Sequence record: NC_031934.1
DNA from: Escherichia phage MX01
Length of the DNA: 64,000 nucleotides
Reading direction: 5' to 3' (one strand)
A model generated the notes under the pieces. That model was not told the DNA's origin, did no database searches, and was given only the letters and a program-made list of their open reading frames with translations. How positions within the stretch are numbered: the stretch's first letter is position 1; each line of letters starts with the position of its first letter. A program made the position numbers and the translations under genes. Positions 57,733-64,000 of the stretch are shown here, one piece after another.

Positions 57733-59895
57733 ATGATTAACAAATTGGAACTTAGTGAGTTACCATTTGTTGACGGCGTACCTGATGCTCCTCAAAAGCG
57801 TATCCAATGGATACGCGAGGGTGATTGTATGTCTGCAGCAAAAACAAAATACGGCAATGAAGGTAATTTGAACGCTGCTGCTTTAGGAGTTCAGAAAAAC
57901 GTTGAAGCTCTTGATGCGAATGATTTGAAAACCGCAGATAAAGTTAACGAACTGGTAGAAAACGTTAATAATATCAATGATGCCTTAGAAATGGCTACGG
58001 ATATTTCCGTCATCCAACAAATTGAGAAAAACCGTGTTGATATCGTAGAGCTTAAGAGAGTAGAAGGCGAAACCACTACTGGGCTAAACAATTTAACCAT
58101 AAATTTAGACCACCTAAAAGAAGACGTTGGTTACCATGACCCTTTACAAGACGGCCCATATTTAACTTTACGTGAAAATATTGTTCTTCTTAAAACCGAA
58201 ATAGGTCATTATGAAAACCAGGATATAAATGGCAATCCATTGCCTCCTGGTGAAACCAGCGAAGCCACTGGTATGAAACGTCGCATCATTGATAATACCA
58301 CTCAATTGGTCGACCATCGTCTTCGCATTGATACCCTTGAAAGGAATTATGAAGATTCTGACGTCGGGCAACTAGGTATTAAATTAAATGAAATTCGTGC
58401 TGAATTAGGTCCTCATTCCGATACGGTAGGTAAACAACAGGCTTATACCCGAATTTCTGTATTAGAAACGGCTGCAATTAATTTTAATACATCTATCGAC
58501 GAAATTAAGGCTGATATTGATTTCTCCGGTATGCCTATAAAGGACCGAGTAACTACTTTAGAAAGCAAAACTCTTACCCTAGAAAATTCAGTCAACGTTG
58601 ATTTAAAACCTCGTGTAACATCAATTGAAACCCAAATAGGTTCTGAATCAACTCCTACTTCTATTAATGGACGTTTAAGCGGTCTTCGTACTGATGTAAA
58701 TGACCTTAAAACCATAGTAGGTGTTAGTTCAAGTGATGGCTTACGTTTCCAAGTTACTGATATCAACCGCCGTTTAGGTAGTGAAGTATCTCCGGCAGCC
58801 GGGACCATTAATAAGCGTTTAAATGACGTTATTATCCAAGCAAACCAATCTACTTCATCTATCCAGGATATTCAAGTAGAAATTGGAAATAACCAATCTG
58901 GTATTAAGGGTACTTTACTTAAACTCACCAATAAGGTTGATGGGACAAACCCTAACGGTGCTACTGTAGAAGAACGTGGTCTTATTAATGCGGTTACTTC
59001 TTTAGAAACCCAGATGTTAGGTAAGTTGAATGAGGCCCCTTCCGATGGTAAGCTTTATGCTCGTCGTAATGCTACATGGACCGAAGTTATTAATAACTCT
59101 ACTGAGATAGAATCTGTTAAAGCCGATTTGGTTGTTACCGACGGTAAAGTAACGGCCCTGACTTCTAGAGTTGACACTAACGATACCTCAATTTCTTCTC
59201 TTGATACACGTACCGGAGCTTTAAACACTTCGGTTGGTGAGATTAAAGCAGATATCGTTACTATAAAGGCTAAAGACCTTGAACAGGACGGTCGTTTAAC
59301 AGCACTTGAATCTAGTGATGTTACTGTTAATGGAAAAATATCGGCACTTGAATCTAAAACCGATACCACCGATTCTGATGTTACCGCTTTGGCCTTAGAT
59401 GTGAGTTCTATAGAATCACAATTAATTCCTATTAAAGCTGATATAACTAAGAACAAAGGCGATATAGTTACTTTAACCGGACGAGTAGCTGCTAATGAAG
59501 GTGAAATTGCCGATATTAAATTAGACACCGCTAAAATAGCTCCTTTGGCTACTCGAGTCACTACTGCTGAAGGTAAAATTACCACCTTAGAAACAGGTTT
59601 AGCTGCTGTTAAAGTTGAATCCGATAAAGTTGCAGGAATCAATACCCGTTTAGGTACGGTAGAAGGTAAAGTTGGTACTCTTGAAACAGGTTTAGCAGCG
59701 GTTAAAGTTGAATCTGATAAAGTTGCTGATTTAGGAACCCGTTTAACTGCGGCTGAAGGTAAAATCACTGCACTAGAAACTGAGTTGGCCAAACGCCCTC
59801 CTGTTGCTCCTGTAGCTGATGGGCTTCCGTATGTTCTTGTTGATAATGCATGGGTATTATTGTCCGATTTTGTGACTTTAAACTCAGCGCCATAA
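57733..59895 (+). CDS. wac: fibritin (neck whiskers), extended 720-aa form
   Basis: Long coiled-coil repeats and C-terminal foldon-like GLPYVLVDNAWVLLSDFV. Confidence 0.8.
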   Translation: MINKLELSELPFVDGVPDAPQKRIQWIREGDCMSAAKTKYGNEGNLNAAALGVQKNVEALDANDLKTADKVNELVENVNNINDALEMATDISVIQQIEKNRVDIVELKRVEGETTTGLNNLTINLDHLKEDVGYHDPLQDGPYLTLRENIVLLKTEIGHYENQDINGNPLPPGETSEATGMKRRIIDNTTQLVDHRLRIDTLERNYEDSDVGQLGIKLNEIRAELGPHSDTVGKQQAYTRISVLETAAINFNTSIDEIKADIDFSGMPIKDRVTTLESKTLTLENSVNVDLKPRVTSIETQIGSESTPTSINGRLSGLRTDVNDLKTIVGVSSSDGLRFQVTDINRRLGSEVSPAAGTINKRLNDVIIQANQSTSSIQDIQVEIGNNQSGIKGTLLKLTNKVDGTNPNGATVEERGLINAVTSLETQMLGKLNEAPSDGKLYARRNATWTEVINNSTEIESVKADLVVTDGKVTALTSRVDTNDTSISSLDTRTGALNTSVGEIKADIVTIKAKDLEQDGRLTALESSDVTVNGKISALESKTDTTDSDVTALALDVSSIESQLIPIKADITKNKGDIVTLTGRVAANEGEIADIKLDTAKIAPLATRVTTAEGKITTLETGLAAVKVESDKVAGINTRLGTVEGKVGTLETGLAAVKVESDKVADLGTRLTAAEGKITALETELAKRPPVAPVADGLPYVLVDNAWVLLSDFVTLNSAP
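59569..59790 (+). repeat. 93-bp tandem repeat (about 2.4 copies) inside fibritin coiled coil
   Basis: Near-identical units starting gaaggtaaaattaccacc / gaaggtaaagttggtact, encoding KI(V)TTLETGLAAVKVESDKVA... Confidence 0.7.
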
Positions 59896-59896
59896 T

Positions 59897-59928
59897 AAAA
59901 GGGCTTCGGCCCTTTTTTGCTATAAATA
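59897..59928 (+). promoter_or_regulatory. terminator hairpin (AAAAGGGCTTCGGCCCTTTTTT) followed by late promoter TATAAATA
   Basis: Hairpin 59897..59918, TATAAATA 59921..59928, gp13 ATG at 59950. Confidence 0.6.
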
Positions 59929-59949
59929 CGGTTATTAGAGGAATAAACC

Positions 59950-60885
59950 ATGGCAAGTGAATCATATAACCCTAAGCAACTCAAGGACGCAATCCTGCGC
60001 CGCCTGGGTGCACCGATTACAAATATTGAAGTAACTACAGACCAAGTATACGATTGCATCCAGCGCGCCCTGGAGCTCTACGGTGAATATCATTATAACG
60101 GCTATAACAAAGGTTATCAGGCTTTTTATATAGGCCATGATGACGAAGAAAAATTCCGTAACGGCGTATTTGACCTTAAAGGCCGTAATATATTTGCGGT
60201 AACACAAATTTTGAGAACCAACGTAGGTTCTTTAACATCTATGGATGGCCAAGCGACTTATCCGTGGTTTACTGATTTTGTATTAGGCTTGGCCGGTATT
60301 AATGGTGGTCTTGGAACTTCTTGTAACAGCTTTGGGCCTAATGCCTTTGGTGCTGACCTTGGGTATTTTACACAATTAATGCAATATCGTTCTATGATGC
60401 AGGACCTTTTGGTTCCATTGCCTGATTATTGGTATAACGATGCTACTGAACAGTTGAAGGTAATGGGTAACTTTGTTAAAGGCGATTTTATTGTAATTGA
60501 AGTTTATACTCGCTCTTTTAATGGGGTCGATTCTATGGTAGGAAATACCGCAGGATATGGATACGCCTCTGGTGGGTGCGACGAAAATGAATGGAGCCCC
60601 GGAGCTATTTGGGATAACCCGGCTCGTCGTATTTCAGGTATGAGGGCAGGTGAAGACCTTGGTTTGCAAGATGGTTCATATAATAACCGTTGGGTCAAAG
60701 ATTATGCGACGGCATTGGTTAAAGAAGTCAATGGTAATATTTTGGCCAAACACCAAGGCATGCAACTTGCGGGTGGAACCACTGTAGATGGTATTCGATT
60801 GATTGAAGAAGCTCGTTTAGAAAAAGAACGCCTTCGCGAAGAATTAGATTTACTCGACCCACCAACACCTATTTTAATTGGATAA
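59950..60885 (+). CDS. 13: neck protein gp13
   Basis: 311 aa; [13 protein letters not shown]...[17 protein letters not shown]. Confidence 0.85.
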   Translation: MASESYNPKQLKDAILRRLGAPITNIEVTTDQVYDCIQRALELYGEYHYNGYNKGYQAFYIGHDDEEKFRNGVFDLKGRNIFAVTQILRTNVGSLTSMDGQATYPWFTDFVLGLAGINGGLGTSCNSFGPNAFGADLGYFTQLMQYRSMMQDLLVPLPDYWYNDATEQLKVMGNFVKGDFIVIEVYTRSFNGVDSMVGNTAGYGYASGGCDENEWSPGAIWDNPARRISGMRAGEDLGLQDGSYNNRWVKDYATALVKEVNGNILAKHQGMQLAGGTTVDGIRLIEEARLEKERLREELDLLDPPTPILIG

Positions 60886-60887
60886 TT

Positions 60888-61514
60888 ATGTTTTATAGAT
60901 TATACGTGACTGAGTTTGAAACGTCGGACGGATTAAAAATTTATGGCGGTAAAAGACATTCGGATAAATCTAATCCAAAGCTGGATTCATACGTTGGCTC
61001 AGGAACGTATATTTCGAATGCTAAGAAAAAATATGGACGAAACTGTATAAAACAGGTATTATGGTCGAAAGATTTCGGTAATCCGGAATTATTAAAGGAA
61101 GCCGAAGAACTTTTAGTCGATATTCTTAAAGAAGATTTTGCTCAGTGTGTTAATTTGGTAAAAGGAGGACAAGGTGGTCCTTCTTATTACAATCCTAAAG
61201 ATAACCCTAATATAGGTAAAACCCGTTCTATAGAATCAAGAAAAAGAATGTCAGAGGCGGCAAAATCAAGAGAATGGACTGAAGAAGGGCTAAAGCGTAG
61301 AAAAGAATCTACCGCATTAATGTGGACGCGTGTGAAACACCCAGATTTTACCGGTAGTAAAAATCCTGCGGCCAGAGCAGTTAGAGTCGGAGAAATGGTA
61401 TTCTCGACAGGTAAAGAATGCGCCGAGTATTTTGGTATAGTCAAAAGCGCAGTTATTAATAGAATAAAGAATGATAAACCTAAATGGAAGGAGTGGAGTT
61501 ATGTCGACATTTGA
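60888..61514 (+). CDS. GIY-YIG-family homing endonuclease (seg-like) with NUMOD3 and C-terminal HTH-like motif
   Basis: KIYGGKRH...YVGSG core; [19 protein letters not shown]3; paralog of 373..939; inserted between genes 13 and 14. Confidence 0.6.
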   Translation: MFYRLYVTEFETSDGLKIYGGKRHSDKSNPKLDSYVGSGTYISNAKKKYGRNCIKQVLWSKDFGNPELLKEAEELLVDILKEDFAQCVNLVKGGQGGPSYYNPKDNPNIGKTRSIESRKRMSEAAKSREWTEEGLKRRKESTALMWTRVKHPDFTGSKNPAARAVRVGEMVFSTGKECAEYFGIVKSAVINRIKNDKPKWKEWSYVDI

Positions 61515-62274
61515 TTCTAGTCTTTTCGCCAAACTAGAAAATAATACAGGTTACGCTAATACGAACGAAGCCGAAATTCTCAATCCCTTTGTCAACTTCT
61601 ACAAGCATGAGAATACCCAAACATTGGCTGATGCTTTAGTTGCTGAGTCTATTCAAATGCGTGGTATTGAGCTTTATTATATACCACGTGAATACGTTAA
61701 TCCAGACCAGCTATTTGGCGAAGACCTTCAGAACAAATTTACTAAAGCCTGGAAATTTGCAGGTTATTTGGATTCCTTTGAAGGTTATTCCGGTGACAAT
61801 ACTTATTTCAGTAAGTTCGGTATGATGGTTAATGATGAAGTAACAATCACAATTAACCCTAACCTTTTTAAACATCAATGCAATGGCACTGAACCTGTTT
61901 CAGGTGATTTGATTTATTTCCCAATGGACAACAGCCTATTCGAAATTAACTGGGTACAACCTTACGACCCGTTCTATCAAGTGGGTGCTAACGTCCAGCG
62001 TCGAATCACTGCTACCAAGTTCATTTACAATGGTGAAGAACTTCGTCCTGAATTACAGAGAAATGAAGGTATTAATATTCCTGAGTTTAGTGAGCTTGAT
62101 TTAATGCCTGTTAAGAATATCGACGGATTGGCTGATATCTCCGACATTCAATACGAAGAGGTCAATGAGATTAACGCCGAAGCGGCTGAATTCGTACATC
62201 CTTATGTTGTAATTAATGGACGAGGAGAGGATGCTCCTCCTACAGCATTTGATGATGCTTTTTTAGATGATTAA
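61501..62274 (+). CDS. 14: neck protein gp14
   Basis: Start set at MSTFDSS (ATG 61501); synteny. Confidence 0.8.
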   Translation: MSTFDSSLFAKLENNTGYANTNEAEILNPFVNFYKHENTQTLADALVAESIQMRGIELYYIPREYVNPDQLFGEDLQNKFTKAWKFAGYLDSFEGYSGDNTYFSKFGMMVNDEVTITINPNLFKHQCNGTEPVSGDLIYFPMDNSLFEINWVQPYDPFYQVGANVQRRITATKFIYNGEELRPELQRNEGINIPEFSELDLMPVKNIDGLADISDIQYEEVNEINAEAAEFVHPYVVINGRGEDAPPTAFDDAFLDD

Positions 62275-62281
62275 ATAATAC

Positions 62282-62304
62282 ATGGCGCATGGTGCGCCAT
62301 TTTG
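62282..62304 (+). terminator. terminator hairpin after gene 14
   Basis: ATGGCGCA-tgg-TGCGCCAT followed by TTTT. Confidence 0.5.
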
Positions 62305-62363
62305 AGAGGTGATTTATTTTTGGCCACTGGTACAATTCATCGCTGCGTCGCTATATTGTTTTG

Positions 62364-63178
62364 ATGGGTGATTTATTTTCCCATGTCCAAGTAGCGCGTC
62401 AAAGAGAAGATACAGGACTTAAATTTATTAAGGTCCCTATTACGTATGCTTCTAAAGAAAGATTTATGGCAAATTTGGGTAAATGGACGGCCGTTCAAAA
62501 TATTCCAAATCCTAATATGTCTCCTAAAGAACGAGCTGAACAAAAGGCTAAAGTGGAAACAGTTCTTCCACGTATGAACCTTCAAATGGTTGATATGCTT
62601 TATAACTCACAATACAAAACAGCTCTTCAGAACAGAACACAAATTCAATTTGAGAATGGTGACCCGAGAAAACGAGTCAGCCAATATTCTCCTACTCCGG
62701 TTAAAATGATTTTCGAACTGGGTATTTACACTAGAACCCAAGATGATATGTTCCAAATTGTGGAACAGATTATGCCTTATTTCCAACCTCACTTTAATAC
62801 AACAATCACCGAACTCTATACAAACGAGATTAAATTTGACCGTGATATTCGTATTGTGTTCCAGTCTATTGCAATGGACGAACAATTGGAAGGTGATACC
62901 ACTTCTCGTCGTCGCTTAGAATGGTCTATGATGTTTGAGGTTAACGGATGGTTATATCCTCCTGTGAAGGAAATGGAAGGCGAAATTAAAACCATTTATC
63001 TTGATTTCTTTGCTAATTCAAAGGAACTCGCTCCTGAAGGTAATTTCGAATCGGTTGATAGCGAAGTGGTTCCGAGAGGTGTAGAACAAACAGAATGGGA
63101 TGGAAGTTCCGTTCAAACATATTCACAAGATATTCCAGTGCCTGTCGAGCCAGCGCCTCCAGCACCAAGGAGAAACCC

Positions 63179-63182
<4 letters not shown>
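62364..63182 (+). CDS. 15: tail sheath stabiliser / completion protein gp15
   Basis: MGDLFSHVQ...[15 protein letters not shown]...; in-frame upstream codons also look gp15-like but lack an ATG. Confidence 0.8.

Positions 63183-64000
<818 letters not shown>

Noticed and set aside
59055-60059. 334-aa minus-strand ORF across the wac/gp13 region
   Set aside because: Antisense to the well-supported fibritin gene; low-complexity S/T/A/V-rich translation mirrors the coiled-coil repeats; no promoter or RBS context.

Overview
This window is a segment of a T4-like (Tevenvirinae-type) myovirus genome, identified from the sequence by protein-family motifs and T4 gene order; no database search was run. 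Positions 1-43500 are almost entirely minus-strand early/middle genes: clamp loader gp44 (partial), sliding clamp gp45, recombination nuclease gp46/gp47, late sigma factor gp55, endonuclease VII gp49, thioredoxin NrdC, thymidine kinase, RegB, DenV, internal proteins, lysozyme e, NudE, two tRNAs, a 57B/Acb1-like 2H phosphoesterase, gp57A, dNMP kinase gp1 and gp3/gp2/gp4. They are interleaved with many small ORFs, each preceded by a T4-type early promoter (GTTTAC, 17-18 bp spacer, TAnnAT), often embedded in an inverted repeat. Positions 43500-64000 are plus-strand late structural genes: gp53, gp5, gp5.4, gp6 to gp12, an extended fibritin, gp13, gp14, gp15, terminase gp16 and the start of gp17. 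Three freestanding homing-endonuclease genes interrupt conserved gene pairs. The most unusual content is a six-member family of capsid-targeting-sequence internal proteins, a tandem array of four small paralogs ending in W-x-SS-x-C, and a membrane protein / nucleotidyltransferase / AAA+ ATPase gene trio. No alpha-glucosyltransferase or anaerobic ribonucleotide reductase genes are present where T4 carries them. I could not pin down a single clearly novel system; the candidates are listed with their caveats.
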